From IMG/VR virus record IMGVR_UViG_3300035204_002103, positions 7,843 to 71,842 of that record: DNA of 64,000 bases. One strand, written 5' to 3'. Below, piece after piece: positions 1-9,086 of the stretch (the first letter of the stretch is position 1; every line of letters begins with the position of its first letter). The notes beneath the pieces were generated by a model. That model worked only from the letters and a program-made list of their open reading frames with translations, was not told where the DNA came from and did not search any database. A program made the translations under genes and the position numbers. Source of the DNA: a virus.

Positions 1-390
1 TTTGTAATCAATTCTAGGCTCATAATAAAACCCCTCTCTTGCTGCGTGAGAAAATAATTTTATTAGCCTTTTATATCCGTCATTATTTTTTGTGAAAATA
101 ATTATCTTGCTGTTGCTTTTAAGGGACTCTGGGGACTTGTCTTGCATGTCCAAGCAAACTGTGAGCCTTAAGCCAAAAATTAATTTAATGTTTAATTCGT
201 TTGAATTATTATAGGCCTCTAAAAATCCAGTCATACAGTCTTCTACTAGAACTAAATCTTTTAAGTTATTATTTTTTGCTATGGAGAAAACAGAGTCAGA
301 CTCATCGGGTTCATTGTCAACCAAATTGAGATTAAGTATTGATTTCCCGAGACTGTAATGAGTCTTAAATAAAGGTAGCACTCCTTGCAT
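1..390 (-). CDS. PHP-domain protein (DNA polymerase III alpha N-terminal-like), runs off the window
   Basis: Manual translation from ATG at 390: MQGVLPLFKTHYSLGKSIL...LVEDCMTGF...KLIFGLRL...NNDGYKRL, the DnaE PHP pattern; TTGACT..TATAAT promoter directly upstream. Confidence 0.75.
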   Translation of the reverse strand, partial: MQGVLPLFKTHYSLGKSILNLNLVDNEPDESDSVFSIAKNNNLKDLVLVEDCMTGFLEAYNNSNELNIKLIFGLRLTVCLDMQDKSPESLKSNSKIIIFTKNNDGYKRLIKLFSHAAREGFYYEPRIDYK

Positions 391-421
391 GAACTATATT
401 ATAGTATTTATTTTTGGCAAG

Positions 422-1411
422 TCAAGCCCAATCGAACGGATCATCGCTAGAATCTGCTGAAGTCTGCGAATAAGTATGTGCAGGGCATCCTTCGTATTTC
501 AATTTAGCTATTCTTTCCCCCTGCTTAGGTTCTCTTAGATCTTCTTTTTTAAATGCTGTTTGGATTATATCATCAAACTCATCCTTAAGAGCGTAATATT
601 CTAAAGCGTCATAGTAAGGACATTTCCAAGTGGCACCCGCCTTGCACAACCACCTTGATTCCGCTGAATCTGCTGCAAAGTTTGTCCTAGCTTTCTCCTT
701 ATCAAAATTGTTTACAATCTTATAAACGTGTGCCAGATAATGCTCAAACCCTTTAAGCTGTTCTTGGGTAACATTGACTTGTTGTAGTGGTTGTCTGGGA
801 AATTTAAGAAATTGGAACTCAACCTCTACGTTTTTAATCTTGGGGAAAAGTTTTTTCTTGGAGGCTAAGGTATAAGCCATAGCTTGTACGTTGGCTGTTA
901 ATTCGTCTCCTTTGAATTTGTATTTACTTGTTTTGTAATCTATGATTTTAACTCTATCTTTGTATTTAAGAGTTTTATCAATGAACCCTCTTATTTTATA
1001 GGGTGGTCTTTTACTTTCTAGAAGAAACTCTAGTTCTGGGGCAGCGGGTTCGACCTCTTCTCCTGTGCCATAGAAGTCTTGATTAAGCCCTACTAAGATC
1101 ATGCTCATACATAACTCGAAATTCTCTTTTGTTAGCGCCTCTCTCTTCTTCAGGTTTTTTTTGACGAGCCTTACTATCGGGCCGCTTGCTTCCGTGTTAG
1201 ATTCTTTAATAATTAAATCGTAGTGCTTTCTGTGTCTTTTATTTAGTAGACACTCAAATACTAGGTGGCATACAGTACCCCTTATAGCGCCGTCATTTGA
1301 CTTCTGAGGGACTTTTAAGTGATAGTTGCACCAGTATGACCAGCTGCAGCTTTCTAGGGTTTTTATCCTTGAAGCGGATAAGATTTTTTCATTGTTTGTT
1401 TTCTTAGGCAT
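422..1411 (-). CDS. PD-(D/E)XK exonuclease (RecB/Cas4-like)
   Basis: LSASRIK..C, G..H, RGFID...IIDYKT motifs and C-terminal Cys cluster. Confidence 0.85.
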   Translation of the reverse strand: MPKKTNNEKILSASRIKTLESCSWSYWCNYHLKVPQKSNDGAIRGTVCHLVFECLLNKRHRKHYDLIIKESNTEASGPIVRLVKKNLKKREALTKENFELCMSMILVGLNQDFYGTGEEVEPAAPELEFLLESKRPPYKIRGFIDKTLKYKDRVKIIDYKTSKYKFKGDELTANVQAMAYTLASKKKLFPKIKNVEVEFQFLKFPRQPLQQVNVTQEQLKGFEHYLAHVYKIVNNFDKEKARTNFAADSAESRWLCKAGATWKCPYYDALEYYALKDEFDDIIQTAFKKEDLREPKQGERIAKLKYEGCPAHTYSQTSADSSDDPFDWA

Positions 1412-1520
1412 AACCTCCTAATTAAGTTTAGCAAACTTTTCTCTAATTGCAACAAAAAAAATACATCCGACACACCCTAATAAATATAAGAAAGTAAGAA
1501 TGATAATCCAAATAGCGGAA

Positions 1521-2672
1521 CTAATCTCTTTCATAGTCGGCATCTTTAACGGCTTCCCTGAGAGAGTTCATGTTTTTCATAAACTCTTCATAGTCTACAT
1601 CTTTATAGCTTAATGCGATGGGGATTTTGTCGTAGTAGTCTCTGTGTTGTGGTGCATTTTTTTCGAAAAAGTTTTCCGCCATCATTTTTGCAACAGAAGA
1701 TATAGGAAAAGACGTGGCTTTTTGCATGGCAGAAAATGCTCCAGAAGATGGTATAAGTAACTCTTTTTCCCAAGAGGATTCTCTGGCTTTAACGGAGACT
1801 TTCATTATGACTAAATCGTCAACGCGCGTGTTGCCGGATTTAGCACACCCTTTATCAAATATCTCCTTCATGCAGTCTGCGCTTAGATCAACGTTCCTTA
1901 TTAAAAACTTTACTATGTCACAGTGACCTTTGTATCTAAGGGTTTTGTAAGAGCATTCTTTTACATTCCTTTTAGTCATTGAATCTATTGTATGCGAGGC
2001 TCCTCCACTAGTATAGAACGCTTCTAGCTCCCCAAGAGATTTTGTTTCGACTAACTCGAGCCCATCCATGCCCTTCGCTTTAGTTTTTACACCGTTAATT
2101 ATTACGTCACAATCATCCTTGTATTCGTTTATTAAACCATCATAAGACCAGCTCATTTCGTAATTTAAAGGAGGGTTATTGGGTAGGGAAGGTAGTCCTC
2201 CGACCATCATTTTTACCTCATTTATCTCATTCGCTTTACCGTAGAGGCTTTTGCATCCATGCTCTGCTAATATGTTTATCCATCCCGGTGCAAGACCTAA
2301 GTCTGTAAAGATGTGTGATTTGGATGTGGATAACCTCCCGCAAATATCATTAATCTCCTTTGAGACATCGACTCTTCCGCCAAGATCACAATAGTTATAA
2401 CCTTTATTAGCACAAAATTTTGCTACGTCTTTCGTTTGGTGATAAGGTAAAGAAGATATGACTACGCTTGGGCTCGATAACGTAATCATTTGCTCTATAT
2501 CTTTTAAATTTTTAACTTCGTAAAAATCATAAAAACGTCTGGGCGGGTTGTTTCCTCTTGCTGCGTTGGGGTTACTGTCTATAGCTATTACGTCAAAGCC
2601 AAGGTGATTCATGCACCAAACTATGGCTTTACCCATATTTCCTAAACCACAAACTAGTACTCTTTTTCTCAT
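1521..2672 (-). CDS. Saccharopine dehydrogenase / lysine 6-dehydrogenase family oxidoreductase
   Basis: N-terminal GLGNMG Rossmann motif, YCDLGG, DLGLAPG, VGGLP, WSYDGLINEY, LEAFYTSGG, YKTLRYKGH; start trimmed to MRKRVLV. Confidence 0.85.
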   Translation of the reverse strand: MRKRVLVCGLGNMGKAIVWCMNHLGFDVIAIDSNPNAARGNNPPRRFYDFYEVKNLKDIEQMITLSSPSVVISSLPYHQTKDVAKFCANKGYNYCDLGGRVDVSKEINDICGRLSTSKSHIFTDLGLAPGWINILAEHGCKSLYGKANEINEVKMMVGGLPSLPNNPPLNYEMSWSYDGLINEYKDDCDVIINGVKTKAKGMDGLELVETKSLGELEAFYTSGGASHTIDSMTKRNVKECSYKTLRYKGHCDIVKFLIRNVDLSADCMKEIFDKGCAKSGNTRVDDLVIMKVSVKARESSWEKELLIPSSGAFSAMQKATSFPISSVAKMMAENFFEKNAPQHRDYYDKIPIALSYKDVDYEEFMKNMNSLREAVKDADYERD

Positions 2673-2674
2673 TT

Positions 2675-2878
2675 TTAGAAAAACTCCAGCCACCACAAAG
2701 TTAATATTCCTATTAGTATAGCTATCTCTATGGTATACAAACTATTAAAAAACAAAAATGTAGATAACGTTATTATTGTAACGCCAACAAATAAGTCTTT
2801 CCAAAGTTTTTTAGTCATAGATTTTTCTTTTTTTTTAAAATGTTCTTCTCTCCATGCCAACCAGTCCTTATAGTTCAT
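2675..2878 (-). CDS. Small membrane protein
   Basis: Two hydrophobic stretches, tight operon spacing. Confidence 0.55.
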   Translation of the reverse strand: MNYKDWLAWREEHFKKKEKSMTKKLWKDLFVGVTIITLSTFLFFNSLYTIEIAILIGILTLWWLEFF

Positions 2879-2881
2879 GCA

Positions 2882-3280
2882 TTAAAGCTCTTCAATTCTT
2901 TTTGCTTTATCATCTACGACCATGTCGTATGGGGGTTTTATAAACTCTCCTTTAGTTCCTGTTGACAAATCGTGAAACTTGCATCCCCATGACTCTAATT
3001 GTTGCCAAGTAAAATCATAGTAACATAGTCCTTTCTTTTTGGATCTCTCAGACCCTCCTCTCGCGGTCCAGTAGATTATTCGCCAACCTTCATCGTACAG
3101 GTCGTTTATTTTTTTGATATTTGCCATATGACCTATGGCTTTATCATATCTTCTTTCATTTTCGTAAAAACATATGGTTTCATCTATGTCTACTAATGCG
3201 ACTTTTTGTTCACCTTCTGGTGCAAATCTTAGCGATTGATGAAACTCTCTGTTTTGCGTGTGTTCTGGGTGTTCGCTCAT
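2882..3280 (-). CDS. HAD-superfamily phosphatase-like protein
   Basis: VDIDETIC (DxD), YWTARG, KP..D.VVDDKA. Confidence 0.8.
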   Translation of the reverse strand: MSEHPEHTQNREFHQSLRFAPEGEQKVALVDIDETICFYENERRYDKAIGHMANIKKINDLYDEGWRIIYWTARGGSERSKKKGLCYYDFTWQQLESWGCKFHDLSTGTKGEFIKPPYDMVVDDKAKRIEEL

Positions 3281-3536
3281 TATTCGGTTCCTTTTTAACT
3301 TCTTCCATTCTTTTTAGGCAGTTGTTTAGCATTCCCAAACATAAAAGTACCACTGCGGACATTAATATTAATAAAATTAATACTGTCATTTTTTGGGTTT
3401 GCAGTTTTGGCGACACCTTTTCCTGTGTCCGCCTTGCCCTTTGTATTTTTTCATACCTTTGCTTCGGTTACTGCATCCTTGCCGGGTTTTCTTTCTAACT
3501 CTTTTCTTATCGTAGTCTGCGTGTTTTCTTACCATG

Positions 3537-5072
3537 TTATTTCATTCCTTGTGGGAAAGTCAGTCTGTCTGCATGATTTACAGTCCAGCTAACTTCATGT
3601 GTTACTGCTCTATATGTTCTTGCTGCGCTTGGGAATCCGTTTCCAGATTTTTTTACTCCACCAAAAGACAGGTGTGACTCTGCCGCAATGGACCCTCCGT
3701 TCCAGTAGATCATTCCTGCGTCACACTCATCCCTCATTATTCTTGCTTTCCTGAAGTCATTAGTTAAAACCCCTACAGCAAGACCATAATCCGTATCGTT
3801 ATAAATGCGTATAGCTTCTTCTATGGTATCAAATGGTATAATTGATACGTGAGGACCAAACACTTCATTCTTTAAGTAAGGAACATCTCTCCATTCGGTT
3901 TTATAAACCATGGGAGACATAAAATAACCGGGTCTTAGTTCCTCAATTCGTTTACCGTCTAGTAAGATTTGAGCTTTAGGGTCGACCCTTACCATGTCGT
4001 TATAAGATTCTATTTTATCAATACCTTGTTGATTGATTATGGGGCCATAATAGTTTTCTTTATTGGGGGTGTATTCTTCCCAGCATATCGATGCGGGTGT
4101 GCCACATGAACCCATATTAATATCAAACGGATTGCCCGTCTTTAACTTTTCCGCTTCTTCAGCAAATCTCCTTGCAAATTCTTCGTAAATCGTTCTTTGA
4201 ACAATCATTCTGCCTGAGGAAACGCATCGTTGACCCGAAAGTTTGAACGCGCTAGCAACAGCAGATTCTGTGGCTAATCTAGATTCAACATCATCAAAAA
4301 TAATACAAGCAGACTTACTCCCCATTTCGCAAGAAGTTGTTTTATGCCAGCTTTCTGCGGCCACCATTCTTACGTGTTGACCCACTTCAGCACTTCCTGT
4401 AAAACAAATATGATCAACGTCTTCGTGGATTAAGCTATCACCCGTTTCTCCTTCTCCATGAATCAAGTTAATGACTCCACGGGGTATTCCTGCCTCTTCG
4501 TAAATCTGAACCGCTAACTCTGTTGAAATTGGTGCATCTTCGGACGGCTTAAATATAACAGTGTTGCCCTCTACTAAGGCTGGAGCAGCACACCAATAAG
4601 CTCCGATAGCTAAAGGAAAATTAAAGGGAGAAACTATCGCAATAACTCCTTTGGGTTTACGAAGCATATAGGCGTCCTTATCTTGAATTTCAGATGAAAC
4701 AGCCTCTCCGTGTGGTCCACGACCAGAACCAAAGGCAAACTGAGCCATGTGAAGCGCTTCGTTTACCTCTGCAATGCTTTCGTTATAATTCTTACCAGTT
4801 TCCCAAGAGATAACTTTAGCTAATTCTTCTCGCCTTCTTTCTATAATTTGAGCAACTCGATACATATAGTCTGACCGCACAAACCTACTTAGCTTTCTCC
4901 AGTCATTAAAGGCGCTCCTTGCAGCAAGGTAAGCGTCATGCACTTCTGGCTTACCGGTATTTGGGAAAACTCCCATGTATTTTCCTGTAGATGGATTGAC
5001 CTTAGAATAAACGTTATCCGTAGGTTTTATCCATTCACCGTTTATATAATTTTTTCCTTCGTAATCTCTCAT
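3537..5072 (-). CDS. NAD-dependent aldehyde dehydrogenase
   Basis: PFNFP, KPSE, FTGSAEVG, EMGSK, catalytic GQRC, EVFGP, YGL, FGGVKKSGNG. Confidence 0.95.
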   Translation of the reverse strand: MRDYEGKNYINGEWIKPTDNVYSKVNPSTGKYMGVFPNTGKPEVHDAYLAARSAFNDWRKLSRFVRSDYMYRVAQIIERRREELAKVISWETGKNYNESIAEVNEALHMAQFAFGSGRGPHGEAVSSEIQDKDAYMLRKPKGVIAIVSPFNFPLAIGAYWCAAPALVEGNTVIFKPSEDAPISTELAVQIYEEAGIPRGVINLIHGEGETGDSLIHEDVDHICFTGSAEVGQHVRMVAAESWHKTTSCEMGSKSACIIFDDVESRLATESAVASAFKLSGQRCVSSGRMIVQRTIYEEFARRFAEEAEKLKTGNPFDINMGSCGTPASICWEEYTPNKENYYGPIINQQGIDKIESYNDMVRVDPKAQILLDGKRIEELRPGYFMSPMVYKTEWRDVPYLKNEVFGPHVSIIPFDTIEEAIRIYNDTDYGLAVGVLTNDFRKARIMRDECDAGMIYWNGGSIAAESHLSFGGVKKSGNGFPSAARTYRAVTHEVSWTVNHADRLTFPQGMK

Positions 5073-5075
5073 TAT

Positions 5076-5642
5076 TTAACCTTTCGTGCTTTCCATAAGC
5101 CCTTTGACATTGACTTCACAGAATCCTTTATTATCTTTACCTCTTTTAATAAGTTCATAAATAACTCCTGTTAATTCTGAAGGCTTTGTAAAAACTTGGA
5201 CTAGATCAGTTTCTTTACATATCAAGGGCTTCTCAGAGTAAAATTCCGCATACCCCTTTTCTTTCCATTCCTGCATTGTTCCTGCTACATCTTCCACTTG
5301 ATAAGCAATGTGGTGAACGCCCCCAATACCTCCACGCTCATCCACCCAATCACCCACAATACTCCCTTTGGGGCCGTCGCTAACAAAAATTTCGGGGGGC
5401 GCATGATATTCGACAGGAGTTTCTGTTTCGATTTCGTTCAAAGAAATGTAGGTTTCCATTATCCATAAGTTAGTCTCTTTAGTTCTGTTCTCTGGTGGAG
5501 CGAGAGCGATACAATCTGTAGTTGTTCCATCGTCAAATTTTAAATCGAATTCTGTACCGATGGTGTACCCTAAGCAATCTTGAAAAAATTGAGCAGTTTT
5601 ACGTCTGTCTTTTGCCCTATAAGCTATGTGATCTAGTCTCAT
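5076..5642 (-). CDS. VOC-fold protein resembling the catalytic C-terminal domain of 4-hydroxyphenylpyruvate dioxygenase
   Basis: DHIAY, GVHHIAY, LVQVFTKP...YELIKR...KGF...NVKGLMES; His/His/Glu Fe triad. Confidence 0.75.
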   Translation of the reverse strand: MRLDHIAYRAKDRRKTAQFFQDCLGYTIGTEFDLKFDDGTTTDCIALAPPENRTKETNLWIMETYISLNEIETETPVEYHAPPEIFVSDGPKGSIVGDWVDERGGIGGVHHIAYQVEDVAGTMQEWKEKGYAEFYSEKPLICKETDLVQVFTKPSELTGVIYELIKRGKDNKGFCEVNVKGLMESTKG

Positions 5643-5644
5643 GT

Positions 5645-5872
5645 CTACTTTCTATTCTCTAATAAATCAAGTAGATATTCAATTAAATTTTTAGCTTTTC
5701 TAAATCTTATTGTTCTTTTGTATGCTTCCTGACCTTTTTCGTATTTATACCTGTAGGCGCTAAAGGTGTATTGGCTATCTACTTCTCTTAGGACTTTCTT
5801 AATTAACTCTTTTTCTGGTTGAAGCTCTATTAGGATTTCTTCTACTTCTTCGCAAAACTCTTTTTTATCCAT
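5645..5872 (-). CDS. Hypothetical protein
   Basis: ORF packed between primase and the VOC gene. Confidence 0.55.
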   Translation of the reverse strand: MDKKEFCEEVEEILIELQPEKELIKKVLREVDSQYTFSAYRYKYEKGQEAYKRTIRFRKAKNLIEYLLDLLENRK

Positions 5873-6759
5873 GTTTTTATTTCTCCAGTGTCCATATCTC
5901 CGAAGTCGTTCTTATCTGGGAGTTTTATGGTTACGTCCTCGGGGTTGAAATGTTTTATTAATTTTAATTTAACTTTTTCAGCTGCTTCGTTCCCAGCATT
6001 ATTATTATAGGAGTCATTATTGAAAGAAATAAAAATTTTATTTGGATCTAATTTAATTAAAAGAGCAATCATGGAAGGAGAAAGATTTAAACCAAAGACA
6101 ATTAATGTATTTTTAACTCCAGCCTCCCATAAGGCAAGCATATCTCCGATGCTTTCGATTAAAAGGATTTCTTTTTGTTCTTTTATTGTTTTATAATTTA
6201 TTTGTAGTGGGTATTTCCACTCGGAAGTCCTGCCTTTGTGTAGCCATTTGGGAATGTTTTTATTTTTCAATGGTTTTACATATCTACCTGTTACGCCTAT
6301 TAGCTGTCTCTTTGAATTGAATATAGGAAACACATATCTATTGGCCATTGTCCCGCTCTCAGCTATTCCTCCTTCAAAAATATTTAAGGTTTCTTTAGAT
6401 ATACCTCTGCTTGCCCAGTATTCGTGGTTTGGGATTAATTTGGATAAATAGCTGTTAGGAAAAATTTTTACACCGTTAACCGTCGGCCGGTGCTCCCTTT
6501 TAATTTCTGAGACAGCCCACTCATCTTGTAATTTTTTCCTTGCTTCATCTATGTTTTTTAACCCAAGAGAAAGCTGTATTAAATATTCAAACGAGCCACT
6601 TATAGACTTACTAAAATCGATAAAATGTCCGGTATCTTTCCTTACGGAAAGTACCGAATCATTTCCTGAGTCCCTATAAATAGGTCTCATTCTTAACTCT
6701 CTTCCGTTGTCTTTAATGTTAGAGTATCCAACGTCTAAGAGTATGCTTTTTACGTCCAT
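5842..6759 (-). CDS. DNA primase (TOPRIM)
   Basis: RYVFPI...GVTGR, LIESIGD, FNND, PDKNDFGD; abuts helicase. Confidence 0.85.
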   Translation of the reverse strand: MDVKSILLDVGYSNIKDNGRELRMRPIYRDSGNDSVLSVRKDTGHFIDFSKSISGSFEYLIQLSLGLKNIDEARKKLQDEWAVSEIKREHRPTVNGVKIFPNSYLSKLIPNHEYWASRGISKETLNIFEGGIAESGTMANRYVFPIFNSKRQLIGVTGRYVKPLKNKNIPKWLHKGRTSEWKYPLQINYKTIKEQKEILLIESIGDMLALWEAGVKNTLIVFGLNLSPSMIALLIKLDPNKIFISFNNDSYNNNAGNEAAEKVKLKLIKHFNPEDVTIKLPDKNDFGDMDTGEIKTWIKKSFAKK

Positions 6760-8246
6760 TACAGGAGCTCTCCGTCATTTTGCGCGGGATCATTTAGGTC
6801 GTGCTGATCTCTTTCTCTGTTTACAATGTCTTGTAATGACCCCACTTCCGTGGCATCAAAATTTCTGACATTAAAATTAAGAAAGTTATTAGTAAACCTA
6901 ACTGTTCCGTCTGGCATGACTCTCCTAACTAAGTCATGGTGCCCAGCCGCATCTCGACCTTGGAACCTTGTTTTTAAGGGGACTAATTTATGAGTACCGA
7001 AGTCTTCTCCGTCTTCGGCAATTTCATCTAACGTTTTTCTTCTAAAGATAGCAACAAATGACGCGAACCATTGAAAACGATCTGATAAGGAAATTGCAGA
7101 ACTGTCGTCAACGACTGCCCCTGCTCTCCTGTTAAAGTTTTCCCCTGATCTGTTCATTTGCATTGCTGTTATAATCGGGCAATTGAGTTCTTCGGCAAGT
7201 TTTTTAAGCTTATCTATTTTATCTCCTATCGCTTGATATTCTGCCCAGTTATTACCAACTTTTTCTCCCGTTAGTTTTATGTAATCGTACCCGAGTATAA
7301 AAGGGTTTCCTCTTCCTATTTCGGAATAGTAAAACCTTCTAACAAAAGAGCAGATTTGATCTATATTTTTGTTTCCTACTGGATAATGATGTATAGACTG
7401 GTCTTTGATTGAGTCGTAAGAACTCCTAACTTTTTCTACTAAGTCAGGGTTCCTTCTCCAGTTTCCTGTTTCTAGGTGCCATAAGGATACTCCTGACTCC
7501 GCAGCAGCAACCCTAAACTTAATGTCCTCCGTGCTCATCTCCGTGTCTAGGATTAGCGTTGGTACATTATGTATTTTTGCTGTTTTTCTACAGACATCAA
7601 GTATCCAAGTAGACTTACCTTGCCCCGGCCTTGCAACTATTCCATATAAATTTCCGGGTCTTAGTCCTCCATATAACCTGTTAAACTCTTCGTAAGGAGT
7701 AGAAAATCCAAAGTCTTCTTGTGGGTTTTCTCCAGTTTGTTCTATTAATTCCGGTAAACCTTCGTAAAGATTCTCTGGATCTTTTTCTGCTACTTCGAAG
7801 TCTCTTATCAGGTCGCCGTAAAGGTGATCTGCTGTAGATATAATTTCATCAACTGCTTTTTCTCCGTTTTCCTTTAAGAATTTTTTGATATCATCACATT
7901 TATGGTACATTCTCCTTCTTACCGTGAGCTTAGCTAGCTCTTTACAGGCCTCGAGAATGCCTTTTTGAGTTATCGTATTAAAGGATATTGCTTCAATGTA
8001 ATCATAAATATCTACATCATCTTTAAATGATATACCTATGTTTTTTATTTTCTCTGCAAGTACAACCGAGTCAATTGTTTCGTTGTTTAAGAAGCAGTTC
8101 CTGAGCACACAGAAGATTGTCTGGTGAACTTCGTTGATAAAGTCCTTCTCTGAAATATATCTCTCTACGTCTGCGAATAATTTAGGGTTCTTAATTAACC
8201 CTCCTAATACATGTTTTTCTATTTTTATTGAATATATCGAATCCAT
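6759..8246 (-). CDS. dnaB: Replicative DnaB-like helicase
   Basis: N-terminal EKHVLG, Walker A ARPGQGKS, DTEM, YDYIKL, QMNR, KTR. Confidence 0.92.
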   Translation of the reverse strand: MDSIYSIKIEKHVLGGLIKNPKLFADVERYISEKDFINEVHQTIFCVLRNCFLNNETIDSVVLAEKIKNIGISFKDDVDIYDYIEAISFNTITQKGILEACKELAKLTVRRRMYHKCDDIKKFLKENGEKAVDEIISTADHLYGDLIRDFEVAEKDPENLYEGLPELIEQTGENPQEDFGFSTPYEEFNRLYGGLRPGNLYGIVARPGQGKSTWILDVCRKTAKIHNVPTLILDTEMSTEDIKFRVAAAESGVSLWHLETGNWRRNPDLVEKVRSSYDSIKDQSIHHYPVGNKNIDQICSFVRRFYYSEIGRGNPFILGYDYIKLTGEKVGNNWAEYQAIGDKIDKLKKLAEELNCPIITAMQMNRSGENFNRRAGAVVDDSSAISLSDRFQWFASFVAIFRRKTLDEIAEDGEDFGTHKLVPLKTRFQGRDAAGHHDLVRRVMPDGTVRFTNNFLNFNVRNFDATEVGSLQDIVNRERDQHDLNDPAQNDGELL

Positions 8247-8250
8247 TTAT

Positions 8251-8577
8251 TTATTTTGCTTTCTTTGTTTCTTTTTCCGTCTCTTCATCTATTTTTCTAG
8301 ATGCTTCTAGAATTTTCCTAGATATTTCTTTATAAAGGGGCTCTCCCCACTCGCCTAAATGACTACAATGTTTTGCTAGGGGGTCATTAGGTTGAAGCAT
8401 TCCGAGTATTTTGTAGCGGGTTTTATTAATCTTATCTACTTTTTTGCAAGTGGATCGCGCGACATAAAACTGTATAGCATCTTCTATTAACCATAACTCT
8501 TGTCTGTCAAATGTGCTTTTCATACTTGGACTAGCATACCAGAATTTTTTTTTGAGACAACATTTTTCTGTCACCAC
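8251..8577 (-). CDS. Hypothetical protein
   Basis: ORF in operon; start uncertain. Confidence 0.5.
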   Translation of the reverse strand: MVTEKCCLKKKFWYASPSMKSTFDRQELWLIEDAIQFYVARSTCKKVDKINKTRYKILGMLQPNDPLAKHCSHLGEWGEPLYKEISRKILEASRKIDEETEKETKKAK

Positions 8578-8583
8578 CCTTGA

Positions 8584-8659
8584 TGGTGGGCGATGAGGGA
8601 TTCGAACCCCCGACCAACGGCGTGTAAAGCCGCTGCGCTAGCCACTGCGCCAATCGCCC
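8584..8659 (-). tRNA. tRNA-Val(UAC)
   Basis: Reverse complement GGGCGAT...GCGGC TT TAC AC GCCGT...GTTCGAATC...ATCGCCCACCA. Confidence 0.95.
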
Positions 8660-8663
8660 GTTT

Positions 8664-9080
8664 TTAGAGCTTTAAGTCGAACTTTTCTAGGAAGAACTCT
8701 TTTGAAAGTAGTTCTATCTCATTTTCTTCTACTTCTATTAACTTATAATTATTTGCCTCCAGCCATTGCCTTTTAGTTACGTCTCTTTTAATCGACTCTA
8801 AATATTTACTCCTCGAGTTTGAGTGAAAAAACTTGTTAAACGAGCTATGCTGTTTACCTTGCACTTCGACAGCCACTTTGACTGTAGCATTTAAAATGTC
8901 AACCTTTTGTCTTGTGCCAAAGACCGGAAATTCTTCGTAAACAATATGATTACCCCAAAATAATTCGAGAAATTTTTTAGTTTTAAATTGTATTTTTGAT
9001 CGAGACTTCTTATCCCAATCTATTAAGAATTTGGATACGTTCTTGCTCCTAAGCCTCCCTTTTATATCGTAAAGCCTCAT
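8664..9080 (-). CDS. Restriction endonuclease-like (DUF559/Vsr-type) nuclease
   Basis: YEEFP, VD, AVEVQGKQH, RD..K..W pattern. Confidence 0.7.
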   Translation of the reverse strand: MRLYDIKGRLRSKNVSKFLIDWDKKSRSKIQFKTKKFLELFWGNHIVYEEFPVFGTRQKVDILNATVKVAVEVQGKQHSSFNKFFHSNSRSKYLESIKRDVTKRQWLEANNYKLIEVEENEIELLSKEFFLEKFDLKL

Positions 9081-9086
9081 TTTTCA

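Noticed and set aside
422-1411. Cas4-like nuclease as a sign of CRISPR-Cas
   Set aside because: No repeat-spacer array or other cas genes seen; solo PD-(D/E)XK nucleases are routine in phage replication blocks.
8622-8627. GTGTAA inside tRNA-Val
   Set aside because: It is the antisense of the anticodon loop and no start codon lies 14 nt downstream.
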